Shown: positions 42,171 through 56,837 of the stretch, one piece after another | Layout: each line of letters opens with the position of its first letter | How positions within the stretch are numbered: the first letter of the stretch is position 1 | Source: Lama glama | Lineage: Eukaryota | Length of the DNA stretch: 64,000 nt | Direction of reading: 5' to 3' | NCBI GenBank assembly: GCA_028534125.1 | Contig: CM052816.1 | Location: forward strand, 23,996,001 to 24,060,000 | Notes under the pieces: model-generated | Seen by the model: the letters and a program-made list of their open reading frames with translations, nothing else | Database searches by the model: none | What the model was told of the DNA's origin: nothing | Position numbers and translations under genes: made by a program

Positions 42171-44140
42171 CAAGGAATCAATGGAAAGAAAGGTTATGAG
42201 AAATTTGTCTATGAAAGGGGCTTGGAAAGTAAGGTGGTAACTGAAGGAGAATAAAAGACAAGAGAGTATTTTCAAGGAAGGGAATTACTAGAGCAAGTAT
42301 GTAAACGTATATAGAGGTGATAGTTTCGATGCAGGGAAGCAAGAAAATTACCAAAGAATAAATGCTTTGAGAAAGTAAAACAAACAGGAACTAGGTCACA
42401 ACAGGGGCACTGGTCTTTGGCAAAAGGGAGATAATTCACATAGGATAGAGGAGAAAATGAATATCCCTATTGGGAAAGTAGTCATTTGAACAGACAAGTT
42501 TATCAACATTTACTGCAGATACTACCTTAGAATAATGAGTGAGAGGAGGGCCAAGCAGTATCAACTGCCAAAAAGAAAAAGTCATGATCCAAAGTATATT
42601 TAAATTTATTCACCTCAGCTGAGATAGCCCAGATGTCCTACTTAAATACAATGTAAGTTATTCCTATACTAAAAAATTATGCCATACTTTTATAAGTTGT
42701 CAAGGATCTGAAAAAAAGGAAATGAAAAATATGGCCTAGTCGATATTTATAGATATTAAAGTCATAAGCAGAAAATATGTAACTAGAAATATTTTAGTAG
42801 TAATAATTTACTGTAATTTTAGAAATAAAAGTGTCAAAAACAAATGTTCAAAAATGCATAATGTAAAATTTTAAGTAAAAAAACATTCATAATTAGAAGA
42901 AAAGTCACAAATATAATTTCTTAGAGCACAAAATAGAGTGAATTATTATCTAACTAATGCTATTAAATTTCACTTCTGGCATGCCTTAAAGACACCTCAT
43001 TCCCTAATCCAGGAAATGAGGATTAGAAGGTTAGTGCCTTGTTTTAAAAAGTAGGCATAAACACTAATAACCAGAACAGATATCATACTATCAACCCAGG
43101 ATGAGTAGGCACAAATTATAGGCAGGTGTCCTTGGGTAAGGTAAACCTTGAAACAATTAGAATCAGAAAACTGCCCAGCCAAGTCAGTGTCAGACATAGG
43201 CCAAACCAATGCTACTCACATGTGACCCAACAACAGTGTGTTGTTACCAGGTGGCAATAAGATCAATAAGGAGCTTGCACCAGAAGGTATATCACCTAGG
43301 TCTCTAGGCCCTACATTTAGTTCAACTAATTTTTCTCCAGTAAGACTTTCTGAAGCAAGAAGTGCATTGATTTATATTCTGCATCTTTTCACAAATCTGT
43401 ACAAGTAGCTCTGGTCTAAACAACTCAGGAGAACTGAAGCTAGGCTTTTTCTTGCAAGGCTTCAAAACAAGGAGTTTTTGTCAACTTAACACAAACCTAT
43501 TACCCTAAGTGATAAGCATCTCTGATACTACTGCAACTATTCTTTCTGGCTTCCATTCTACCCGGCAGAGATGGGTTCAGAGCTGCTGCTCAATGCGGAG
43601 TGGGTGGAGGAGACATACAGAAAGACACTTTCGGAAATAATAAATGACAAGTAAATTTCACCTCTAGTGAAAATTAGGTGCAGAATGAAAAGGGTTATGA
43701 AAAGTGAAAACTGGAAAAATTCTCACACAATTAATAGTGTAAATTGTAAAAAAAAAACAAAACAAAAAACCTAAATTGCAATTAATGTAAACTGTAGAAA
43801 AACTTAAATTGCAAAAAACTATTATTTCTAGCTGCTTTCACAGCCTGAGGCACTTTTAGACTGTTGTGTTTAAAAATAACCAGAAGAATAAAAAGATGTT
43901 AGATGTTATGTTAGAACAAAAGTTACAATTTCAGTAACAAATTCCCCAAATGAATAGAGAACAATAGAATTTTTCCTCAATAGCATTGATTTCTCTACAT
44001 TCTATCACCTTTTGTTGCTAATAAAGAAAAATGAAAGATGCCAATCAAAATGACTTTTTATTCCAATTATACAACAAACACAAAGGGAACCAAATTAAAC
44101 TGAACTGTCAGTTAGTGTTAGTCAGTACACCAAACTCAAT

Positions 44141-44194
44141 TACATTGCAAAATATCTAAAATGCACTACATTACAAAATATCTGAAATGCACTA
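44141..44194 (+). repeat. 26-bp tandem duplication (2 copies, 2 mismatches)
   Basis: TACATT[G/A]CAAAATATCT[A/G]AAATGCAC x2. Confidence 0.85.
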
Positions 44195-44260
44195 AAATAT
44201 TTAACACTAGAATGCTATAATATCCAGCTTTATAAAAAATAGTCTATTTTTCCTACTTAC

Positions 44261-44369
44261 ATTTATAACCAAAGAAACCTTTGGGCTTCTTGCTCTCCAA
44301 TGGGATAAATGTTCCTATGATGAAATCAGCAATAGCAAGTAGTAGAATCACCAAAAGAACAATCTGAGC
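44261..44369 (-). CDS. SLC12A2: NKCC1 exon 7 (109 nt)
   Basis: tttcag|GCTCAG...ATAAAT|gtaagt; [36 protein letters not shown]. Confidence 0.97.
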
Positions 44370-44918
44370 CTGAAAATTTAAAAATCAAAATCATATATAT
44401 CGTGTCTAGACATTAATTCGTTTCCTAGAATTATACTATATATGTAACTTCCATGAGGGAAAGGATTTGTCTTGTTTCCCCAGTGCCTTAAACAATGCCA
44501 AGCACAAAGCAAGTCCCTAATAAATTTTTATCAGAGGAACAATCTTCAAGAACTATCCTACAATGTTCAGCACACTAAGGGGAAATGGACAGCAACAGTA
44601 GGATCATGCTATACATTTCTGAAATGAATCAAAGATGTGCAAGTCCTGCTAATAAGTGCCACAGAGGAAAAAATTACAGTACTATTATTATCTTTACTAG
44701 CTCCCCTGATAGGTGATTTACCCTATCATCCTTTTTTTTTTTTAACAAACTCTTAGATTACCTCTTAAAATGACTGTTATCTACAAATATTCCCCACATT
44801 GCCAAATAGAAAATCTTAAAAATAATCTTATACGTAAACTTCGAGAATGGCCACTTACGAATCTTCAACATCTAAAAATATTGCCCCACCTTAGAACACT
44901 CCTAAAATGTACACTCTA

Positions 44919-45080
<162 letters not shown>

Positions 45081-45869
45081 CTAGAAGCAGAAAATAATAC
45101 AATGAGCAATATTAGTTATTTCAGAGACATTCTTCATTTCTTTATGAAAGGCATTTTAGAGATATCACAGTGCCTCACACGCAGCAGTTGAATAAAATGT
45201 CTATTTAAGGAATGAATAGAGATACCTAGGGAAAAGGAATGAATTACTGTTTACTGTTAAGGTGTCATTCAAGCATCTGAAGACATCAAAAATATCAAAT
45301 TACTGTATTTAATACAGTAACAAACAAAAGAAGAATTGCTAACAAGAAAATAAAAATTATAATATGACTAAATAGTACTAATAGGATTTTTTTAAGTTAC
45401 GAGGCAAAAATGTACTTTTATTCATTGTGGTTAGTGAACCCATGCTTTTAATGTCTCTTACATTGCTTAAGGAAAACAGATGAACACACTTTCACGAAGC
45501 TGTTCAAAAACACACACTGTTCCATTCTACAAGCAAAATTATTTGTGGCTAAATATCAATGACATTAAACACACACTAAATTACACAATGAAGGAATATG
45601 AATTCTTAATGATTTTCTTGCTTGCTTACTGCCTTTTCTCCATCCTTCGGCCTATGCAGGTTAAGGTCAGTGCCAATGCAAATGCCAGTCCTTTTCAGAT
45701 TTTATACTTCCTAACACATAGTATACTACAGTAGAACAACAGTTACAACCTAACATGAACACAGGTGTCCACTCAAGGTTTCTCTCATTTAATAACACTG
45801 AATCGTATTTCACTTCTGCTGTTTTAACTATACACATACAAACTAGTCTTTTCAAAACAGTTCTCTTCT

Positions 45870-46720
45870 CAACTTCAGAGCAGTATCATCAACTACCTTC
45901 CAGCCAGCTCTACTTAGATATACCAAATTAGACACCCCAAAATACACTGTTCTGAGTTCTCTCAGAGTTAAATCGCATTACCACCCATTTAAATCCCCCT
46001 CCTTCTCTAATTCCCCAAATCCCATTCATCAAGTCCACTTACTCAACTTTTTAAAAATCCCTCCAACTCACCCACATCTCTCGAACCCCACTGGTCGGTC
46101 ACTGGTATAAGATTAGCCACCGTTTCCCCTTCCAGGAGAGCTACAGCAACTTTTAAATGGTCTCCATCTCCTGTTGTGGCCCCACAAATCCATCCTCTAT
46201 ATCGTGGCCAGTTATTTCCTTAGGCCCAAATCTGACTGTCATGGATCCCAACTCCAGTCAAGGTAAGACCCAAATTTAACAACAAATAAGACTCTTCCTG
46301 ACATGATCCTTTTCTTCCCCTCTCATCTTACATCTCTTGCCAGCCATACTGAAATAGTTTCAGTTTTGGTTGGCTTTTTTTTTTTTTAAACACCATACTC
46401 TACCCTTTCCAGATCTTTTCTCTTTTTTCTTCCTTATTCCCCTCATACCATACATCTCCACTCCTATCTGCCTGCTAACGTCTAGACTCCCTTGGAAAAC
46501 CCTGCCTTGAGACTCCTCTGCCACACATTCCTGGATAGTAAATTAAGTGATCCCCTTCATGTTGCCAAGGCCTCCTACTATTACCCATTTCTAACATTCT
46601 ATAATAAACTTTTGGTCCCTCTCCCACACTAAACTTCTTGAAGGATGAGTTTTGTGTTCCTTGCTGCTTTCCTAGCATCTTCTATGGTGAGTGGCACATC
46701 AACTCTCAATAAAGATTTGG
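45870..46720 (+). mobile_element. LINE-2 fragment, approximate bounds
   Basis: Pyrimidine-rich L2 body ending ...ggcacatcaactctcaataaagattt (L2 3' end). Confidence 0.55.
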
Positions 46721-46747
46721 GAAACCCTCAATAAAGATTTGGGAAAC
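46705..46747 (+). repeat. 22-bp tandem duplication near the exon 5 donor
   Basis: CTCAATAAAGATTTGGGAAAC(C) x2. Confidence 0.9.
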
Positions 46748-46772
46748 AAACGACAAGAAAAAGGTGATTTAC

Positions 46773-46912
46773 CTTAAGCAACTCTACCACCGTTTCTGCA
46801 AATCCAACCACATACATAGCAACTGCGACAGCATTGGCAAAAGCGAAGATCAGGCCAATTGCACCACCAAATTCTGGCCCTAGACTTCTAGATATTAGAT
46901 AATATGCTCCTC
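46773..46912 (-). CDS. SLC12A2: NKCC1 exon 5 (140 nt)
   Basis: ctttag|GAGGAG...CTTAAG|gtaaat; [47 protein letters not shown]. Confidence 0.97.
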
Positions 46913-48939
46913 CTAAAGAAAAGGAAAAAAAACAACAAAAGTACTAATGTTAGGATTTTAAATGTCAGACAGTCATTTTAATTACACAAGAGTTCACAAA
47001 GCACATGCCTCCAGTGAACACAGCAGTTAAACTAAAAGGCAAGTGGGTGAGCATATTTTCAGAAAGAAACACCCAGAAAGAATTCTTTACAGCCCACTTC
47101 ATTCATTAACAGTTCTCAACATCCAGAGAATTCTCTTCATGTCAAATATAAAATCATTCTGCTATTTAAATCTCTACTTTCTCTTCTAAAGCTTAGATTA
47201 AAATGGGTAACAGCGTCCTCCTCATACTCAGACACCAAGATCATTTCCCAATGATTTTCTAAATAATATTTTTAATCTTAATGTAACATTTAAAATCACA
47301 ATTGACATGATTTCAGTTACTTAAATTAGTATGGTAATTTGCTAGTAATGTGAATACTAAGGTAAAAAACAGTATCACAAGAAACTTAAAGAACAGCAGT
47401 ATACTGGCATCCCAAAGAGATATAGTTTGTATTCTAATAAGTCCTGCCTAAAAGGCAGAGTAAACAAAGACATTAATTGAGCTATCATGAATCAAGTATT
47501 TTTCTAACTTAAAAAATATATCAGTATTATAATTCTGAGTCACTCTAATGCTTAGCTGAAGTCTCTAAGAGCTCTCCTAAAATTCTCATTTATTTCTGGC
47601 CTCTACGTCATAATCAAAACTTAGTTTTAATAATAATGAAGTTACATGAAGTTATATACATTTTGCTAGACATTGATGAAGTATTTCATTCTTAAGACCA
47701 TATAATGAAATGGCATTAAACAGCTTAATATTTATTTCTATTGCTTCCCCAATATAATGAAGATAAATGCAACAAAAAAAATTCTACTGTTTAATAAAGT
47801 ACTAAATACGCAAATGTTATTCAGGAAATACCTGTGACAGGTTTTGTTGTTAACGTTATGAAGTTTCTCAAAATATTCTATACTTTAAAACTATCCAACA
47901 ATACTTCCTTAGTGATGCACTCTACCAATTAATAATTTTTATCATCTTGGAAATTCTGAAGAAAAAGAATGCAACCTGAGCATTTAATATTAGCCTCATT
48001 TTTAAAATAAGATGAAAACTAAAAATTTCTCCAAAATATTTTCAACACTAAAAATTCTAATGGACTTATATAATGACAATTTTTTGTGTCAAATAAAGAT
48101 CTCTCTTGAAGTTCTAAAAATATTAAATCACATTGTAATTAATCACAAGGAATACCCCTGGAATATTATAATCATCACGGACTATATTTTGAAACGTTGT
48201 CAAAATGCATGTAAATTATTTCATTTGATACCAATACCAATAATGAATTAAGTATTGTTTACTCTGATTTTATAGATAAGAAACTCAAGTCACAATAAAA
48301 GCTTAATTGAAATCAGTCAACTACCTATGTGTTTCCATAGTTGACAATATAAACTTTAGAATGAGAACTATCACCAACAGAACCCGTAAAAGCAGGGAAT
48401 TCATTTGTAATGTGTTTAAAGCTTTGATTTTATAAAATTTCAAGTCTTTCTATTATTAAAAAGAAAAAAATACATCTTATGATGGATTTGACATGGGGAA
48501 AGATAAAGGGAAGGGAGATGATGAATATAAGCAACAAATTCTGAGATTTCAGAACTACTTTAAAATCTTCTACCAATTGGGATATCTAAACTTAAAACCC
48601 AGAACACAGTTTCATTGCTTTTTAAAAGGTTTTTTAAGAAAATAAGAAGTTACACATGAAGAATATAAAAGCATCTTCTCGTCTTCCTATACTCTGAATT
48701 TCTGATGAACAGCAAAAGTGTACTAGTGCTCTGCCCTATTTCGCCTCACTTTCATTCCTGGGTCCTAGAAGCAATCAGCTTAAGAGTAGTTTTCTCCCCT
48801 ACTTTTTTTCCCCTTAGCATCAAAATAGTATAAAAGACCTACTACTTAGAAAGACTGGTGTATTTCCTAATCAGCTTAGGGTGGCACATAAATTTTTATT
48901 TTGTTAAAAATTATACAGTTTACTCAATTCTAGCAAGTA

Positions 48940-49900
48940 CAGTTAACCCTTGAACAACATGGGTTTTAGGTGTGTAGGTCCACTTATATGTGGATTTTTC
49001 TCAATAAATATACTCAAAACGTTTTGGAGATTTGCAACACTGAAAAAACTTGCAGATAAATCATGTAGCCTAGAAATATTGAAGAAATTAAGAACAAATT
49101 AGGAATGTCATGAATGCCTAAAATATATGTGGATACTACTTTGTGCTTACATAGGTATGAGTGATATTTAACATAAAAGTAATAATGTGTTAGTTTTCTC
49201 AGGGTTTTATAACTTTGCCTTCAAAGAATTAATTACTGTACAGTATGTGTTAATCTCTCTCTCTCTGAATTAGAGAAATTGTGTATCATCACAGATGAGT
49301 GGTTTTTTAAAAAATGTAACAATGTTCCCCATACTGTATTATGAATATGACTGCAATTACTGTATGCCATAAAAACTGTGTAATGATTCATTCATTACTG
49401 AATAGCCTGGGCTACCACAAAGCAATTATATCACTATACTGGGCTACAATAAAGCAATCGCAGTGCTGCCTCTTTGCTATCAGTGCATGGTTAGACCTGT
49501 AAATAAATACAAATTTCTTTTTTCACTTTATCTTTTCATTTTTTATCTCTAGTGTTAGTAATACATATAAGATATGTAGTGTTTTGTATCATATAAGACA
49601 ATACTGATGTGGCTACTCAGATAAATCATCTTGTAGACAGATGATATAAACATATGGTATCAGTACAGTACTGTAAATGTACTTTTTTAAATAGGATTTT
49701 CATAATAACATTCTTTTTTTAGCTTACTTTACTGTAAGAATACAGTATATAACACATATACAAAATGTATGTTAATCAACTGTTTATATTATCCGCAAGG
49801 CTTCTAGTCAACAGCAGGCTATTTAAGTTTTGGGGGACTCAAAAGTTCATGGATTTTCAACTGCACAACGGTCAGCACCCCTAACTTCTATGCTGTACAA
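48940..49900 (+). mobile_element. Tigger2-family (TcMar) non-autonomous DNA transposon
   Basis: TA|CAGTTAACCCTTGAACAACATGGGTTT...GGTCCACTTATATGTGGATTTT left end. Right end TTTTGGGGGACTCAAAAGTT...GGTCAGCACCCCTAAC with a degraded TIR. Confidence 0.8.
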
Positions 49901-50015
49901 TTATTATCCCCACTTTAGATATGTGAAAATCAAGGCTTAAAAAGGTTAAATAACTTGACCAATGCCATGCACGTACAAGGGGAAGAACTGGGCTTAAGCT
50001 CAGGTCTCTCTGACT
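49901..50015 (-). mobile_element. MIR SINE fragment abutting Tigger2
   Basis: ttattatccccactttagat.tg.gaaaatcaaggctta.aaaggttaaataacttg. Confidence 0.65.
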
Positions 50016-50369
50016 TGCTTATACAGTACAATATGTATGATGAAATCAGCCTTTCTTTATCAATGAATAGGCTAAAGACTATGATAAAAAAAAATTAAGA
50101 TCAATTAAAAAGCAACAACAGAAAAAAACTATTTTCTTTTTAAAAAATCTATTGCCCAGGCAAACAGAGCTTGATATGAAAAAAATACCCTCATAGGATC
50201 TCATAACTTGGCCATAAAATACTCAATTCTCCTGAGTGCAGAGGACATAAATGAGTCAGACACCACAGATACTAAGTAATAACAATACCATATATGATGG
50301 GTTCCACTATGATTACATATTGATTTAAGGATATACTTCCCTATAGCTTTCACTAGATTAAAAATCAAT

Positions 50370-50705
50370 AACCAAAACCCTGACTAGGTTAATCAAGAAA
50401 CTTATGATCACTGGCCATAAAACAAGTCTTCATAAATTTCAAAGAACAGAAATGAGATGGCATTATTGACCACAAGAGAGTTAAATATATGGATTACTAA
50501 ATATTTGTAAATTATGCAAGACACTTTTAAGAAACCCACTGATAACGGAATAACCACAAGGGAAATTAAAAAGTATTTTGAATTGAATGATAATAAAAAC
50601 AAAACATATCAAAATTAGTGGGATATAACTAAAGCAGGAATTACAGGGAAATTTACAGTTTTAAATGCTCATGTTAAAAAAAATAAGTGATCTAACTTTC
50701 TACCT
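50370..50705 (+). mobile_element. LINE-1 ORF2 5' remnant
   Basis: ggccataaaacaagtct, aaaaagtattttgaattgaatgataataaaaac, acagggaaatttacag..ttaaatgc are typical of the L1 ORF2 post-endonuclease region. Confidence 0.7.
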
Positions 50706-53700
50706 GGTAATGATAATAATTAATAAAGTTATATAATGGACTAAACAAAAACTCTGATGATCAATGACAATCTATTTTACCAATACAGAAAGTACTTTCT
50801 GTCACTTACAACATGTGAAAAATGTTAGTTTTCCTCACTTCCAGTGTTTGGCTTTACTTGTATACAGAAGTGAGGTCAATTATTTCAGAGAAAACAAAAA
50901 GATATGAGTATGTGAAAGTAATTCTGACATATAGCAGACATTTTATAGTCACCAGCAGAATCTGCAGAAAATTTAATTTCATTTTAAAAAAGTGTATTTG
51001 TTTCATTTTTGCATAATGCAACAGCAGTGCTGCACTACATTAGATAATGTATGTGAAGACCATGGTATCACGCCTAGCAGTTAAATCTCAAAAAATAAAT
51101 GCCACTATTATCTGAACATAAGCTCCAAGAAAATAGGAACTTGTCTGGCTTTCATTGTTGCAAATCCAGTGCCTGCCTTGAAGAACTCAACAATTTTCTG
51201 TTGACTGACTGAAATATAAGGAACAAAAACTTCATCTTAGTCACAGAATAAGTAGATTTCTAATGACTTTACATTTTCAGAATTACCTATCAAAATTTTG
51301 ATGTACCTTGGGTTTTTACTTTAAGCTGGACTGACCTCCAGTTTAAAGTAAATGCTCCAAACCAGAAAGTGGGTGAGGAATTGCTTGCTTCTATGTCTCA
51401 GTTCATATAATACAGTGTAGTTCCAAAACCAGAATCTACATTTGCATCTTACGAAAGGCCGCCTGCAGTTGTTCTCTATTTCATAAATCAGTTGATATTC
51501 AGAGATGAATTATTTGAGGATGGAAGAAACTCTGGTCTGTGAAATCTAGGAAATGCAGATCTGAGGGAAAGTGGCTACTGACCAGCACCATCTAAGTTGC
51601 AGAACCTGTTACACATGACCCAAATAAATTCTGTAAAATCCAAGTTCTTAAAAACACTGGTAGGATTTGCAGAACAGGAAACAGCTTGGGGTTCCTAGCT
51701 ACAATAATCTGTAGAGCATGAATGTGCCTGTTACGGCAGGGACTACACCAGAGATGAAGGTAAAGGGGGTGACTCCATCAGCTAGTTGGTGCTCCTAGTC
51801 CTAATCTGGGTAGGCAGAGAATTGAGGGGATGGTTCTCTCAGATGCCACTGGTAGATTTAACTACCACCCAAAAATCACTAGCAAAATCTAATCAAGCCT
51901 GAAATTAAGCATCTTGTATTTTCTAAGTTTTGATTCTTTTTTAAAAACCCTGAATATTTTCAAATTATTTTCATCCTAGACTTCACAACCAGACACTTTG
52001 TTTACAAATTGGCAGTTAATTTATATTTTTTAAAAAACTACACTATTCTAGATTAGTATCTGTTTAATCTCTAAAATGTACTGTTAAAGCCAATGTTAAA
52101 GCTACTTAGTAACATTAAATCTCTCCTTTGGCATAAAGCACAGGCAAAGTATACATTTTATACACTTCCGCAGAGCTGGAAACACATACCTTACAAAACA
52201 AGAATAAAATATTATTCAACATTAATAAAATTAAAATGTGGTAATTCAGTTGAGAATCAAGATAAACTGTCAAACACTACCCCAGAATAGTTCTTTATAT
52301 TAATAACTACGTACTCAAGTTTAAAAGAGAGCTTTTCAAACTGAAATTATTAGACAGAGCAACCACAACCTTTTGTAAGCACACTGGGTAAGATATTTCC
52401 TTATTAATTCCCTTAACAATCAACTTTCAGTCCAAAGGAAATTAAGATGGGTCTCCAGACATCACTATTCCCATAATACCCCTCCATTTCTCCTATCAAA
52501 GCCTTTGCGCCCTGCCCCCCTGGATGCTTCTAGCTCTATTATTCTCATCTTATGTAGCCTCTTCAAGAGAGGAAGCTGTGCTAGAGGGCATGCAACACAG
52601 GCACTTTAGGTCCTAGAGCTACTAAAAGATAAAATAATTTATTGTTAATAAATTCACATCTATACATTGAGTCTTTTAAAATTTGTTTTATCTTTTTTGC
52701 TCCTTGGGAAATTTTATTGAACAAGGATTCCTTGTTCCAGAAAGATCCCCATTCCAGCATCTGCTGTCGTCAGCCTCTAGTGTCACTTAGTAAGTTCATC
52801 TCTCCCATACATACTCCATAAAATGCTTCCTTGAGCTATAGGTATGATGCAATTCAGATTCAACTTGTTGGGAAACAATACTTCGCAGGTATTCTTATTG
52901 AGCAAAAAGTTTACAAAGTTGAAATATTCTAATTCTCTTTGTTTTTTCACTTATTTTGTAGAATAATGACCTAAAGAACAAATCTCTTATCAATTTCTTG
53001 GTTACACTGAGTTCAGATAAGGAAATTTTCATTCAGGAAACTTGGTTCACAATAGATTCTTTACCTTTATTTATCAATTTTCATAGTAAGTTGCCTAGCA
53101 CTCTTCAAAGGTAAAAAAAGATTTTTTTGTGTGATGTCTGTGAACTTACGGAGTTTGTCATAAATCATGCTTTCATTTAAATCAGTAGCAGCAGTAGTAT
53201 TGCTGTTCAAACTATCCAAACTTGAGTCAGTGTTAGCTTCCTCAATGTGGCTACTGGGTGCTTCTGACATGTAACTAGCAGCCTGTTACCTTCTTTCCTT
53301 TCTGCTGTGAAAAGATGTCTAGGCTCCTCTAGTACATTTCCAGCCCAAATCAGGAATAAGTCATTCCTCCAAGATTCCCTGGTTCCTTTGTATGGAAATA
53401 CACAATGTAGGCACTAGGGGTGCTCAGTGATACTGCGTTGGTCATGTGGTACAGTGACTTTCCTAGAAAGAGCTAAGAAATATATCCTTTTGGGATAAAA
53501 TGTATGAGTCATACTTTCAATTTAGAATCATGAATACAGAATACAATATAATCTCATTGGTTTTATACCTGTATCTACTTTCTTCCACACAGAAATAGTT
53601 CTTTCAAGAAACCAAATAAATCCTGTCACGGATCTCCAAGTCTGCAAAGCAGATAGAGAGGAGACAGAACGGGTTGACATTCACTGAAATAATCTCTGGG

Positions 53701-55204
53701 GACTTTCACTGCAGATGATACAACTTGTTTATATTCTATAAAGGATCATCTTGGTTTCTAAAGTCACTGACTGTTAAGTGAAAAATGAATGACTTCTAGC
53801 AAAGCTTCAAAGTATTTGGACATTTCTCTACATCAATGACTTTCTCTAGGTTTCATTATTTCAGCAAGCTTATTTATTTTCTCATTTATGAATATCTGGT
53901 AACAGAAGAACTCCAAATTGTATAATCCAATGACTTTTTCCCTAAAGTTTCTTACTTCATGAACTGACTATCATTTTGAGGCAGCTCAGGCAAAACTGCA
54001 ACATGTGGTACTTTGCTGGAACACGCCTTCATGCACTCCACGTTCTCACACCTCCTCGGTATCCCAGGAGAGAAGACTAGATGCAAGTCTCCAAGGCATT
54101 CATAAATATACATGAAAACTACTGGTAGTACCGAAAGATGAGATGTCTTTTTAGTCACAATACAGGAAAATCTATGCTTCCCATAATTTTGAATTCGCAG
54201 GGAAAACAGTCTGGGGTTCATGCTGACAGTGGGTTCATGACTCATTCCCCTCGAGGATCACAACCTAGATTCAAAGGGCTGAAGATAAGGAGAAATTCTT
54301 TGATGCTTTGCTGATCCTCACAAACACCTAACACTCCACCCCATTTCTCCTTCAGCTTTCGTTCCCCAATAGCAGCAGAATGAAATGAAGCATGAGGCAT
54401 TCAGCACATAAGAAACCAAAAAGAATCTCACAGCAGTGTCTAATTAACTGTTGGACATATCCACATCTTAAACCCCAACTTGCTCAATCCAGATTCATGT
54501 ACACAACGAAACTTCAGCCAACAGTGATGCATGCTCAGCATAGTCAAAATTGTATTGACGTGAGCTGCCAGCTTTCCCGAGGGCCATAGTGATCTGACTC
54601 CTCTGGTATTTAAGAAATATGAAGACTGGGGAAAAATGGAAAGCTCAATCTGGTTCTCTCTTTCTCCAAATACCAATGCAGTTAAAGCAGAAATTGTATG
54701 TATATAATGTCAAATACAGATATGCAAAGACAGTTGAGACAGAAGGAACAAGTTGATTATTTTCTCATTTGATCTACTATGACTTTACAGGGGCTAGTAT
54801 AAATTTTCTCTCCTTTTTCTAAGGCTCTTCCTCTCACCCCAGCTAAATGATGAGTTTTGGTTTGGAAAACAGATTTTTCTTCTTGTTCTCAAGGGTCTCC
54901 ATGCCATTCTCCTGGTGTCCTGGGTTTTCTCCTTAGGCAAAGTGAAATCTCACAAGGTAGATTTTGTGGACTACATTGCTGCCAAACATACTGAACGCTC
55001 TAAACAACTTGAAGCATACAGGTTTGTGTATGGATCAACACAAAATTTCATATTGCAAAATTTTAGTTCAAAAGCACTCAACAGCAACTTTCTTGCCTAT
55101 ACAGACCTGATATAATTATTTTTTACCTTAAAGAAAAACAAAGACTTAAATATTAATTTAGTATCGGTAATCCAATGATGATGATCTGAGAAGACTGAAT
55201 TTAC

Positions 55205-55300
55205 CTCCTCGTACAAATCCATTAGTAGCTATTGCTGAAGTAGACAATCCTGTGATAGTTGTCACAACAGTGGCCATCATTATTACAAGGACTGACAGAC
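55205..55300 (-). CDS. SLC12A2: NKCC1 exon 4 (96 nt), TM2
   Basis: ctaaag|GTCTGT...GAGGAG|gtaaat; [32 protein letters not shown]. Confidence 0.97.
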
Positions 55301-55406
55301 CTTTAGGGAAAAAGAAAAGAGACTTGAGGCTCAGAGCCTACACATGCACACAGCCACTTTGCCTATTCATTATCAAATGAATCAAGCAGTTTGTAACTTT
55401 ACTTAC

Positions 55407-55482
55407 CTATTCCAGCTTGACCCACAATCCATGACAATCTAATAAAGAGCATCACTCCCCAAATGTTTAACATACAACGTAC
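55407..55482 (-). CDS. SLC12A2: NKCC1 exon 3 (76 nt), TM1
   Basis: tcctag|GTACGT...GAATAG|gtaagt; VRCMLNIWGVMLFIRLSWIVGQAGI. Confidence 0.97.
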
Positions 55483-56672
55483 CTAGGAAAGAAAATGAGG
55501 TCAAGTCACAGATGAAGAGTAATCAAACACAATGCACAGTAAATGCTAAATTAGCCAATAGCAGAATAACATATTTAAAACTATAGAAAGTTGTTTCCAA
55601 TCTAACTCTTATCCCACCCTTTTCTTTAACAGCTTTTTGAAGAGCTTAATGAGATCTTACATGAGCTAATTTAAGTGTAATGTAACATATGAGTATTTGT
55701 ATGTACATATTTTATCTACACATACACACATACACCCATTACAATTATCTGAAGCAGCAGGAGCAAATAAACAACAAAGGTACAAGGAGTATTTTAAGAC
55801 TTCAACTCTAAAAAGTAATAGTTTATGTTCCCTTTTCTCAATATAGGTTTAATTTTTGCTTATTCTTTTATAACAGCCTCATTTCATGATTTCTACAGCA
55901 GATTTAAGTATTAGATAATATTTGTCAACACAAAATTGTTCACACATCTCTCAAAATCTAAACTCTTTGTAAGACAGTATGCCCAAATTATTTTTACTTT
56001 TATTCCTTATGCTCCTATATAGAACACAGTCTTCTAAAAGACCAAAATCGAAGAATAGGCAAACAGTACGACTCAGAGCTTAACATGTACCCTGATTAGA
56101 CAATAAAATTACTACTAGAATTAGGGTTTTCCCTCTAATTTAGTGCTTCCAAAGTCTTGATGAGACTATCTACTCTAGTCAGATTCTTAGTACCTACTCA
56201 AACACAGAAAAACAGAAGTAAATCTGAAACTTAATCACCTAGTCCTGACTACTGAAGTGATCTCAACACTTACGTATTTCTCCTTTATTCTGTGCTTGTT
56301 AAATTCTATACATTTCTCTTCTAAAGATAAGGAGGCAGGCTTATTTCAGCTAAACTGCCTGCCCAGCTTTCTTGATTCTGACGCTCTCATAGATTTAATA
56401 GCTTCATACCTAATTTCTGAAAAGTGACAATATGTGAGATTCACAAGAGGTTATAAAATATCATTTAGAGGTAACCAAGTATATTTTGATTAAATTATTT
56501 CCTTTGCTGGATTTAATACCCATAAGGATGAGAGGTGTAAGTTATTAATTTGGTCCTCCATAACACTCAGATAAAACAGTTTAAAAAAGAAAAAGCCTTC
56601 TCTAGAGAATTAACGCGATTAGGAAGATTTTTTAATAAACAGAAATGCTATAATTCTAAAATAAAGTCTTTA

Positions 56673-56837
<165 letters not shown>

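Noticed and set aside
53952..54264. 97-aa minus-strand ORF / 309-nt AG-GT bounded segment as an in-frame extra exon
   Set aside because: In the required phase 1 it hits TGA after 7 codons. The long ORF is in another frame and resembles no known protein, and the acceptor is weak.
46913..55406. NKCC2-style mutually exclusive exon 4 cassettes (A/B/F)
   Set aside because: I saw only one 96-nt TM2 exon, intron 3 is just 106 nt, and I found no second TNG.VRG-coding copy by eye. This fits NKCC1; a tblastn would make it certain.
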